NCBI GenBank assembly: GCA_964578335.1
Contig: CAZOCQ010000004.1
Span: 1 to 38,730 of the forward strand
Origin: an uncultured Desulfobacca sp.
GTDB taxonomy: Bacteria; Desulfobacterota; Desulfobaccia; Desulfobaccales; 0-14-0-80-60-11
DNA: 38,730 nucleotides
Direction of reading: 5' to 3'
How positions within the stretch are numbered: the stretch's first letter is position 1; each line of letters starts with the position of its first letter. The notes under the pieces were generated by a model, which was not told the origin of the DNA, made no database searches, and worked only from the letters and a program-made list of their open reading frames with translations. Made by a program: the position numbers and the translations under genes. This document shows positions 16,881-24,971 of this stretch, in pieces.

Positions 16881-18284
16881 TTATTTTTTAAAATCTTCGT
16901 CGCTGAGGCGGTAGAGCCGCATCTTGCGCCACAGCTTGCTGCGGCTGATCTTCAGCATGCGGGCCGCTTCCTGTTTGCTCCCATGGGTCATCTCCAGGGC
17001 CAGCAGAATGGTCTTCTTCTCCAGGGCCTGCAAGGGGGTCACGGATTTATCGGTGGTGGGCAGCTCCAGTTCCCGGCCGCCCCAGGAGGATTCCAGGCGG
17101 GGCAGGTGGCGCTCGGTGATCAGGGGGCCTTTGGCGAAGACGAAGCAGTATTCCAGGACGTGTTGCAGCTCCCGGACGTTGCCGGGCCAGCCATGCCGGC
17201 AGAGGATCTTCATCACCTTGGGGTCCACCCCCCGCACCCGCTTGTTGAATTTGCGGTTGAGCTGCTCCAGGAAGAATTTCACCAGGATGGGGATGTCTTC
17301 CCGTTTTTCCCGCAGCGGCGGCAGGTGGATGGGCACGGTGAACAGCCGGTAATAGAGATCGTCCCGAAACTTGCCCTGCTGCATGGCTTCGTGCAGGTCC
17401 ACGTTGGTGGCCGTGACGATCCTGGCCTCCAGGGGAATTCTCCGGGTGCCCCCTACCCGCATGAAGGTCTTGTCTTCCAAGACCCGCAGCAGCTTGACCT
17501 GGAGTTCGAGCTTCAGGTCGCCGATCTCATCCAGGAACAGGGTGCCGCCCTTGGCCAACTCGAAGCGCCCCGGCTTGCTGCTCACCGCCCCGGTGAAGGC
17601 TCCCCGTTCGTGCCCGAAAAGCTCCGATTCCAGCAAGCCCTCCGGGATGGCGGAACAGTTCACCGCCACAAAGGGGCCTTGGCGCCGGCGGCTGTGGTGG
17701 TGGAGGGCCCGGGCCACCAGCTCCTTGCCGGTGCCTGATTCGCCCAGGATCAGCACATTGGAATCGGAGACCGCGATCACCGGCAGGCTGTGAATAATCT
17801 CCTGCATCCGGGGGCTTACCCCCACGATATTGGCAAAGGCCTGGCTCTCCAGCTTCTCCGCCTCCGCCTCCGGACAGGTCAGATAATGAAAGGTCTCCAC
17901 CCCGCCCAGCACCACGTTGTCCGCCTTTTTTAGCTGGGAGGTGTTAACCAGGATCAGCATCTTCTGCCCGCCCTTGGTGGTGATTTCCACCTCCCGGTCC
18001 ACCACCACGTCGCCGCTGCTCATGGAGATGCGCATGGGACAGTCCTTCTGGCACAGGTCGGCCCGAAAGACGTCCCAGCAAAATTTTCCCAGCACTTCTT
18101 CGCGCTTGAAACCGGTAATCTCCTCGGCCACGTGGTTGAAGTAGCCGATTTGCCAGCGGGTATTGATCAGAAACACCCCTTCGGGGAAATGATCCAGGAT
18201 GTCGGAATGGGTAAGGTTCAGAAATTTCAGGGAGGGACTGAAATCCTGCTGCTTATCGTTTCCTAAGGAGGCGAGCGCACGCAT
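16881..18284 (-). CDS. Sigma-54-dependent transcriptional activator, PAS + AAA+ + HTH (~467 aa)
   Basis: GESGTGKE, GAFTGA, WPGNVRELQH and the C-terminal HTH AARMLKISRSKLWRKMR are present. ATG 18284 has GAGGAG 6 nt upstream and is preferred over TTG 18374. Confidence 0.9.
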   Translation of the reverse strand: MRALASLGNDKQQDFSPSLKFLNLTHSDILDHFPEGVFLINTRWQIGYFNHVAEEITGFKREEVLGKFCWDVFRADLCQKDCPMRISMSSGDVVVDREVEITTKGGQKMLILVNTSQLKKADNVVLGGVETFHYLTCPEAEAEKLESQAFANIVGVSPRMQEIIHSLPVIAVSDSNVLILGESGTGKELVARALHHHSRRRQGPFVAVNCSAIPEGLLESELFGHERGAFTGAVSSKPGRFELAKGGTLFLDEIGDLKLELQVKLLRVLEDKTFMRVGGTRRIPLEARIVTATNVDLHEAMQQGKFRDDLYYRLFTVPIHLPPLREKREDIPILVKFFLEQLNRKFNKRVRGVDPKVMKILCRHGWPGNVRELQHVLEYCFVFAKGPLITERHLPRLESSWGGRELELPTTDKSVTPLQALEKKTILLALEMTHGSKQEAARMLKISRSKLWRKMRLYRLSDEDFKK

Positions 18285-18727
18285 CAACTTCTCCTCTAAA
18301 ACGACCCTCTGACTGCGAGGGATAGCGTGCATACTACTGAAAAAGGACAGAATAGAGATTGCGCCGGGGAGCAAACAATCACAGGCAGGGCGGCTGTCGG
18401 ATTTTTCCTCCCTATTATTAATATAGCAATATTTATACCAGTCAAGAATTTTTTTTAGATCTCAGCCCGTACTGCATCGGCTTGCCAGCCCGCTCCTCTT
18501 TGATGTTAAAATTCTTAACAGTAATATTCAGAAACTGTACACCTATATAAAATAAGTGGAATAAAAGGCCGATAGGATTCTCAAAACAAAGCGACGGAAG
18601 AAGCTTAACACCCTCATGTCCTCCCATGCAGGTTAACGGCAATTCCGATAATTCATTTCCCTTGTTTTTTCCTCAGCTTGCGTGTCCAGGCGCCGTAAGC
18701 CTGGGCAATGAGTGCTCCATTTATCCC

Positions 18728-18743
18728 TGGCATAGTTATTGGA
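18728..18743 (+). promoter_or_regulatory. Sigma-54-like element TGGCAT-N5-TTGGA upstream of the GcvH-like gene
   Basis: TGGCATAGTTATTGGA has correct spacing, but the -12 GC is GG. It lies ~90 nt upstream of ATG 18833 and is divergent from the activator gene. Confidence 0.35.
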
Positions 18744-18832
18744 ATTACGTAAGGCGACAGCCGAGGCAATCGCTGGGCCGCAAATTGAAAGCGCCGGCGC
18801 AACCGCGGGATTCGCAATGAAGGAGGCGGGTT

Positions 18833-19747
18833 ATGAAGACAAAAATCGAGCAGAAAGGCCAGGGGGTCCGGGTCATTTCCATGAGCGAGAACCAGTGCGT
18901 CTGGATGAAGGCCGGAGTGGTGAACTTCAAAATCTGCGACAATGCCTTCGATTGCACTTCCTGCGCCTTCGACAAGGCCATCAGCAGGAAATCGGTGCAA
19001 AAACCAACGGCCCTGGTCAGTTGGCAGGAGGCCATGCAGAATCCCAAATTAAATAAAGAATGCCGGCATATGCTGACGGGCCGGGTCCTGTTCAAATTAT
19101 GCTCCCACAACTATGAATGTAAAGACTGCGCCTATGACCAACTGCTGTGTGATTACGATCAACTTCTGGGGGAAGAGGACCCGTCGGCGCACGCGGTCCA
19201 GGTCAGCAAAGTCGCCGGCTTCATGGTTGCCGATGGCTATTACTACCACCAAGGACACGCCTGGGCGCGGATCGAACATGGAGGATTCGTGCGCCTGGGA
19301 GTCGATGATTTTGCCTGGAGGCTGCTCGGGCCCACCGACTTCACCTTGCCGAAAATCGGCGCCAAGCTGAAGCCGAATGAAACCGGCTGGTCCATGAAGA
19401 GAGGGGAGAGGTCCGCGGCAATGCTCTCGCCCATGAGCGGCATCGTCATGGCCACCAACCAAACCGCCTTGAGGCAGCCTGACCTGGCTAAAAAAGACCC
19501 TTACGGAAAGGGCTGGCTGGTCGTCATTGACCCGATGAGCGGCTTGAAAAAGAAGACCAGGGGCCTGCTGTTCGAACAGAAAGCGGTTTCCTGGCTCAAT
19601 GCCGAGGTAAAAAAACTGGAAGAAATGGTGGTGAACGTCTATGGCGTCCAGCTGGCGGCAACGGGTGGTGAAATAGTTGACGATATCTTTGGGAACCTGC
19701 CTGAGGCCAAGTGGGAAGACCTCGTGCAGCAGTTTCTGCATACCTGA
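18833..19747 (+). CDS. Cys-rich N-terminal domain fused to a glycine-cleavage H-protein-like (GcvH-fold) domain, 304 aa
   Basis: CX12CX5CX2C occurs twice (C22/35/41/44 and C77/90/96/99). YHQGHAWARIE..VRLGVDDFA...SPMSGIV...DPYGKGWL matches the GcvH fold. GAAGGAGG SD is present. Confidence 0.8.
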   Translation: MKTKIEQKGQGVRVISMSENQCVWMKAGVVNFKICDNAFDCTSCAFDKAISRKSVQKPTALVSWQEAMQNPKLNKECRHMLTGRVLFKLCSHNYECKDCAYDQLLCDYDQLLGEEDPSAHAVQVSKVAGFMVADGYYYHQGHAWARIEHGGFVRLGVDDFAWRLLGPTDFTLPKIGAKLKPNETGWSMKRGERSAAMLSPMSGIVMATNQTALRQPDLAKKDPYGKGWLVVIDPMSGLKKKTRGLLFEQKAVSWLNAEVKKLEEMVVNVYGVQLAATGGEIVDDIFGNLPEAKWEDLVQQFLHT

Positions 19748-19786
19748 GGGCTGCGCGGGATGACCGGCGGGGTGGCGGTGCGGCAG

Positions 19787-20362
19787 CTAGGTATGCAGGT
19801 TTCTCAGGCCCTGGCGCAAGGCGAAACTGCAGCGTTCACAAAAAAAGAGGTCCAACCCGTCCAGGTGGCTGAGTCCGCAGCTAAGTTGCATGAGGCACTT
19901 GGGGATCTCGCAATGGTACAGGGAAAAAGTGTGCGCCAGTTCATGGAGGGCGACCTTGGCCAGACGTTCATAATAAACGCCCTCTGGAGCCGGAATCCCG
20001 TCTTCCAGGTGTTTTAGGCGGAAATCGGAGACGATGGCCAGGTTTAGCCCCAACTCCGCTTGACCGAATACAAAGGTCAGGATTGGCGTGCAAAGGTCCA
20101 CGTCCGTGACGGCCAAAAGGCGGGCGTGGGGTGGAAAGGAACACCGGGCCAGGTGCTTCAGGATGAGTCCGGCGTCATACTGACCTCGCTGGCGCTGATA
20201 GGCTTCTGCCGGGATGGCCATGGCAGGCACTATCTCGACGGGAGTTTCCAACATGGCTTGAATGTTCGCGGCGATCACCCGGAGCGCCGTAGGTGACAGA
20301 TGGCCCATCTTGGTCAAAGCGATCGGCGGCCCCAGTGGTTTTCTTCTTGGTGGCGAAGGCAT
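19787..20362 (-). CDS. amzA: Archaemetzincin-type zinc metalloprotease (peptidase M54-like), 191 aa
   Basis: HELAHTFSLYHCEIPKCLM...CERC matches the archaemetzincin signature HEXXHXXGX3CX4CXM...CXXC. Differences: Ser replaces the Gly, and the last spacer is one residue shorter. Confidence 0.8.
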   Translation of the reverse strand: MPSPPRRKPLGPPIALTKMGHLSPTALRVIAANIQAMLETPVEIVPAMAIPAEAYQRQRGQYDAGLILKHLARCSFPPHARLLAVTDVDLCTPILTFVFGQAELGLNLAIVSDFRLKHLEDGIPAPEGVYYERLAKVALHELAHTFSLYHCEIPKCLMQLSCGLSHLDGLDLFFCERCSFALRQGLRNLHT

Positions 20363-20423
20363 AACAAGGGAAAGAGCGTTCTAGTTAACCGGTAAGGTGC
20401 TTCCCAGCCGGACAGGCCTGCCT

Positions 20424-21953
20424 TTAGGTTTTTTTGCGGGAGGAAGGCTGAAACAGAGGAAGTTCCACCGCGAAGGTTGTTCCTCTCTCGCTCGTTTCCT
20501 TCACCCAGATGCGTCCCTGGTTTTCTTTGATTATTCCGTAAGCGGTGCTCAAGCCCAGCCCGGTGCCTTTTCCCGGCGCCTTGGTGGTAAAAAACGGATC
20601 GAATATCAGGCCGAGGTTCTCTTCCGGAATACCCCGGCCTGTGTCGGAAACTTCGATATAGGCTTTTTGCGCGGGCTTGTCGCGATAAGTCCGAAGCGTC
20701 AAGAGGCCTTTATGGTCCATGGCGTCCACGGCATTCATCACGAGATTGACAATCACCTGGCCCAGTTGATCTCTGTCGCCGGCGATCAGCATCATATCCT
20801 CTGAAAGCTCTTTCCTGATCTGGATACCCAGGAAAAACTTGGTGTCGCGGATGAGATCAAGGCTGTGCTCCAGAAGCGTATTGAGGTGCAGGATTTCAGT
20901 GCTGGTGGTTTCCTGTCGGCTATAGGCCAGAAGGTTCTTGATAATTTTGCCGCACCTTCTGGCGTCCTCATAGATGCACGTCAGACTGTGCCTCCGGGAA
21001 TCATCCGGTTCGAGCGTCTTCAGTAAGCTATCGGCGTAGAAAATAATTCCCGTCAGGGGATTGTTGATCTCATGAGCGACCCCGGCGGCCAGATGACCCA
21101 GAGAAGCCATTTTTTCCGCTCGATAAATCCGTCTGAGCAACTCCCGCATGGCTTGCTCATGTTTCAGCTTCTCTCTTAAATCATTAAACAGGCCGACGGT
21201 GGCGGCTTCCCGAGCGCCCTCGTAAATGATGGCGGCGGTGAGCTCCACCGGGATCTCCTCGCCGCGAGCATTCATAATATTAAATCGGCTGAGGGGCAGC
21301 TTCCCTTTGCCTCCCCGGCGTTCATCCCGCAAAATCTTCATAATTTCCTTGGCCTGCCCTGGGGGGTAGAGGTCCCTGGTGGTTAATTTTTCCTGCGCCT
21401 CTTGGAGTGAATATCCCGTAAGTTCCTCGGCCGCGGGGTTCATGGTCATAATTTTGCCGCGGCGATCCGCCGCGATTATCGCAGTGGTTGAACTTTCTAT
21501 GAGTTTTTGCGTGAAATCTTTGGCGCCTGAGAGTTTTCGTTCGAGCAGCTTTAATTCCGTGACATCATGGATGCATTCCACGATATACAGGACCTCGCCG
21601 GCCTCATCGAGGATCGGGGAGAACACGCGGTTATCCCATTTTTCTTTGCCCGCCTCGTTGGTCACATAGGCCTGAACCGAATGCCCGCGGCGGTCCACCA
21701 GGACCTTGGCGAGGGCGCAAGTCTCCAGGGGACAGGGCTCTTTGGAGTGGTAGAAGAAATCGTGACAAGTCTTACCGACAATATCCTTTTTCCCGGACCC
21801 AAACTTTTCCAGGAAATTGGTGTTCACGTCCACTACCATCTTATTGGGCGTCAGGATCAGGGTGGGAACAGAAAGGCTGTCAAAAAGTCTGGTTTTCCAG
21901 ACGTCGGGAGTTTCCATCTGGTTCTCTTGGCGCCAATTTTCGGCGCAGTTCAA
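20424..21953 (-). CDS. Cytoplasmic PAS-PAS sensor histidine kinase
   Basis: H-box [14 protein letters not shown]. HATPase motifs [17 protein letters not shown] and GTGLGLS. No TM segment is evident. TTG 21953 overlaps the upstream stop (TTGA); ATG 21917 is an alternative start. Confidence 0.85.
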   Translation of the reverse strand: MNCAENWRQENQMETPDVWKTRLFDSLSVPTLILTPNKMVVDVNTNFLEKFGSGKKDIVGKTCHDFFYHSKEPCPLETCALAKVLVDRRGHSVQAYVTNEAGKEKWDNRVFSPILDEAGEVLYIVECIHDVTELKLLERKLSGAKDFTQKLIESSTTAIIAADRRGKIMTMNPAAEELTGYSLQEAQEKLTTRDLYPPGQAKEIMKILRDERRGGKGKLPLSRFNIMNARGEEIPVELTAAIIYEGAREAATVGLFNDLREKLKHEQAMRELLRRIYRAEKMASLGHLAAGVAHEINNPLTGIIFYADSLLKTLEPDDSRRHSLTCIYEDARRCGKIIKNLLAYSRQETTSTEILHLNTLLEHSLDLIRDTKFFLGIQIRKELSEDMMLIAGDRDQLGQVIVNLVMNAVDAMDHKGLLTLRTYRDKPAQKAYIEVSDTGRGIPEENLGLIFDPFFTTKAPGKGTGLGLSTAYGIIKENQGRIWVKETSERGTTFAVELPLFQPSSRKKT

Positions 21954-23317
21954 CCCTGCGAGCCGCCAGTGCGGTTGGCGGCCGCGCTGAGATGATAATG
22001 TTTAATTTTGCTGTGGAGCGTAACCCTGCTGATTTCCAAAGCCTCCGCGGCCTTGGAGATGTTCCAGCCATAAAGATTGAGAATGCGCTCTATATGTTGT
22101 TTCTCGTTTTCTCTTAATGATTGCGGGATATCCTGGGCGGAGGACCTCAAGAGGAAGGCAAAATCATCTCTGGTCAGGTAGTGTCCCTTGGCCAGCACCA
22201 CGGCGCGTTCCACGGCGTTTTCCAACTCGCGGACATTCCCGGGCCAGGGATAATTCTTCAGGGCATTGATGGCCTGCTGATTAATTCCCGCCACCGGTTT
22301 ATTGGTTTCTTTTCGGATCCGTTCCAAGAAATGCTGCGCCAATACGGGAATATCATCAATGCGGGCTCGAAGCGGTGGAATCTCCAGCTCGATGACATTT
22401 AACCGGTAATAGAAATCCTGACGGAAGGCGCCGCGTTCGATTTCCTTGACCAGATCCTTATGCGTGGCGCTGATAAGGCGAAAATCAACCGGAATATTCG
22501 TTATCCCGCCTACCCGGTGAAAGGTTTTTTCCTGCAGCACCCGAAGCAGATCAATCTGCATCTTTAAAGGGACTTCGCCGACTTCGTCCAGAAAGAGGGT
22601 CCCGCCCTGGGCCATCTCCAACCGCCCTTTTTTGGCTTTTCTGGCCCCGGTAAAGGCCCCGCTCTCATGTCCGAACAACTCGCTTTCCAGCAGCGTCTCG
22701 GTAAAGGCCCCGCAGTTTATGGGAACAAAAGGACCGGCGCAACGCTCGCTGGTGGCATGGATCGCCTTCGCCACCAGTTCTTTCCCGGTTCCCGTTTCAC
22801 CCCGCAGCAGCACAGGTGAATCAAAAGTGGCGACCTGTTCGATCAATTTAAACAGTTGCTGCATGCAATGCGAGGCTCCGATTAAATCTTCGCAGCGCAC
22901 CCGGCAGGCCACCTGCTCACGCAGGAGCTCGTTTTCATCAAGAATTCTTTTCTGTTGCAGGAGTCTTTGCAGCAGGCAGGCCAAGTCCCCGGGTTCGAAG
23001 GGCTTGGTGAGATAATCGCAAGCTCCTCGTTTCATGGCGTCAACGGCGGATTCAATCGATCCATAGGCGGTAATCATGACCACCATGGAGCGGGGGCAAT
23101 TCGCCTTTAAGTAATCGAGCACTTCGAACCCGTCCACCTCGGGCATCTTGATGTCGAGAAAGATGAAATCGTAGTCCTGCCTGTCCACCATATCGAGAGC
23201 CGCCCGGCCGCCATCGGCGCCTTCGGCGTCATAGCCCGACTGCCTGAACCAGTCCACCAGGGACTCGCGCACAATCATTTCATCATCTACAACCAATACC
23301 TTCCATCTGCCGCTCAT
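21950..23317 (-). CDS. NtrC-family sigma-54-dependent response regulator (REC + AAA+ + HTH), 455 aa
   Basis: The REC domain has VVDDE and FLDIKMP. GETGTGKE, GAFTGA, WPGNVRELEN and the HTH AAEALEISRVTLHSKIK are present. Confidence 0.9.
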   Translation of the reverse strand: MSGRWKVLVVDDEMIVRESLVDWFRQSGYDAEGADGGRAALDMVDRQDYDFIFLDIKMPEVDGFEVLDYLKANCPRSMVVMITAYGSIESAVDAMKRGACDYLTKPFEPGDLACLLQRLLQQKRILDENELLREQVACRVRCEDLIGASHCMQQLFKLIEQVATFDSPVLLRGETGTGKELVAKAIHATSERCAGPFVPINCGAFTETLLESELFGHESGAFTGARKAKKGRLEMAQGGTLFLDEVGEVPLKMQIDLLRVLQEKTFHRVGGITNIPVDFRLISATHKDLVKEIERGAFRQDFYYRLNVIELEIPPLRARIDDIPVLAQHFLERIRKETNKPVAGINQQAINALKNYPWPGNVRELENAVERAVVLAKGHYLTRDDFAFLLRSSAQDIPQSLRENEKQHIERILNLYGWNISKAAEALEISRVTLHSKIKHYHLSAAANRTGGSQG

Positions 23318-23689
23318 AAATACCCCTTCGGCAACTTGCCGCGGACCCAGGGAGCCTGGAACGACGAGTTTCGAACCGCCGCGGACTCGCCGTTTAAATC
23401 ATTTCAATCAAAGTTATTCCCCTTTCATTATCCTAAACTATGGTGCAAAATCAATACCATCATGAAAAGTGCCGCGCCCCTCCGGGTGAGGGGATTCCCA
23501 GGATTTTTCGGGCCTTTTTTAATCAGTTAGCCGGACAGAACTGTCTGGTAGGCGATTTTATTCAAAATTATTTTACAGTGAGACAGGAGGAAAAGTTTCT
23601 AAAATATCCCGACAATCATTGCAACTGATCCGCAACTTTCTGATTTAACACGACTTGATTCTGGCCTAGCCTTCTGAGGAAGGGATCTG

Positions 23690-23705
23690 GGGCCAGGAAG
23701 CTGCA
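23690..23705 (+). promoter_or_regulatory. Possible sigma-54 element GGGCCA-N5-CTGCA
   Basis: GG and GC have the consensus spacing, with 4/6 and 4/5 matches to TGGCAC/TTGCA. It lies ~260 nt upstream of the USP gene, so the leader would be long. Confidence 0.25.
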
Positions 23706-23866
23706 ATCAATTCCTTGCGCCCCTATCTTAAACATCTTTCGCATTATCCACTCTCCCGTGGGTCCAATCGATGCTTGGTCTTTCATTGTTGTCAATCATT
23801 ATAGGATTTTGAAAAAAAAGTTCATGTTATTTAATATATTGTAACAAGATAAATTTCCCTCCCCTT

Positions 23867-23895
23867 CTGACAAATCCCGTGTATGGCGATAAAAT
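23867..23895 (+). promoter_or_regulatory. Sigma-70-like promoter CTGACA-17-TAAAAT upstream of the USP gene
   Basis: -35 at 23867-23872, a 17-nt spacer, -10 at 23890-23895. An alternative, TTGCCA-18-TATAAA, lies at 23912-23941. Confidence 0.4.
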
Positions 23896-23965
23896 AATGC
23901 TATATTGAAATTTGCCAGCTCAGACTTTATCTCAGTATAAACTTCATAACTCAGGTACCTCAGAA

Positions 23966-24919
23966 ATGAAGCTGCTCCCTTATCCCATTACGAAAATTTT
24001 GCTGCCTTATGACGGCAGCCCGTCGGCCCGGAACGCCCTGGAACTGGCCGCCCAACTCAGTATAGCCGGCCAGGAAGCGGTAACAGGTTTGACTCTGTTG
24101 CAGGTCATCGGGGGAGGTTACCTGGCCCGGCATGTCCATAACGTGGACCTGCGGGTCGCCCGCATGGATAAGAACAAGGATTGGCAACGGATCCGCAAGC
24201 ACTACCTGGAGAGGGAGGTTCTTCCCTTACTGGAGGAAGGGAAAACAATCCTCCAGTCTTTGGGCGTCCAGGTCCCTATAGAGGTTCGCGTCGTCGAAGG
24301 CAAGGTCAGTGATGAGATCATCCGCTTGGCCCAGGAAGAAGCCTTTTCCACCATCATCATGGGCCGGCGGGGCCTGTCGCCCCTCAAGGCCCTGCTCCTG
24401 GGGAGCGTCACCCGCAGCGTTCTTTCACTGGCAGAGAGAGTGACGGTATATGTAGCCGCTCAAGAGGCTATACTTAAAGCCGGTGGTCCCCTTTCCCCCA
24501 TGCTTCTTCCCGTGGACGGGTCTGAGTCCAGCCTGGCTGCAGTCCGTCAGGCCGCGGCCCTGGCTCAGGCCTGCCGATCCATGGAACCCTTTCTGACCCT
24601 GTTCCATGTCATCGATATTGCCTTGATGGGGATGGAAATCCAGGAAGGGGCCTATGATCTGGTGGAAAAGGGCGAGAACATCCTGGCCATATCCCGGGGC
24701 ATCCTCCAAGATGCCGGATTGACGGGGCTCTATGATGAAAAGCTGGTCAGTGGGGAACCGGCCCAGGCCATTGTCCGGCAGGCCGAGGCAGGTGGCTATC
24801 CCCTCATCATGATGGGCAGCAGGGGACTTTCCGGCCTGGCCAAACTGATTATCGGCAGCGTCACCAACAGCGTGGTGCACACCGTCTCCCGCGCCGCGGT
24901 GGCCGTGGTCTATCGTTGA
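23966..24919 (+). CDS. Tandem universal stress protein (2x UspA domain)
   Basis: Two USP repeats each end in G-x2-G-x9-G(S/T): IIMGRRGLSPLKALLLGSVT and LIMMGSRGLSGLAKLIIGSVT. ATG 23966 is preferred over TTG 23912, but the SD is weak. Confidence 0.85.
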   Translation: MKLLPYPITKILLPYDGSPSARNALELAAQLSIAGQEAVTGLTLLQVIGGGYLARHVHNVDLRVARMDKNKDWQRIRKHYLEREVLPLLEEGKTILQSLGVQVPIEVRVVEGKVSDEIIRLAQEEAFSTIIMGRRGLSPLKALLLGSVTRSVLSLAERVTVYVAAQEAILKAGGPLSPMLLPVDGSESSLAAVRQAAALAQACRSMEPFLTLFHVIDIALMGMEIQEGAYDLVEKGENILAISRGILQDAGLTGLYDEKLVSGEPAQAIVRQAEAGGYPLIMMGSRGLSGLAKLIIGSVTNSVVHTVSRAAVAVVYR

Positions 24920-24971
24920 CCATCCAACGGCTATAGTCAGGGGCAGAATCCCATAAGGTAAGAAGCTGACA

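Noticed and set aside
23477-23520. Hairpin plus T-runs as the terminator of a plus-strand small RNA.
   Set aside because: The T-runs start 9-10 nt after the stem, there is no convincing upstream promoter, and there is no expression data. It is kept only as part of the control-region finding.
23885-23901. TGGCGATAAAATAATGC as a sigma-54 promoter for the USP gene.
   Set aside because: The GG-to-GC spacing is two nucleotides too long for a -24/-12 element.
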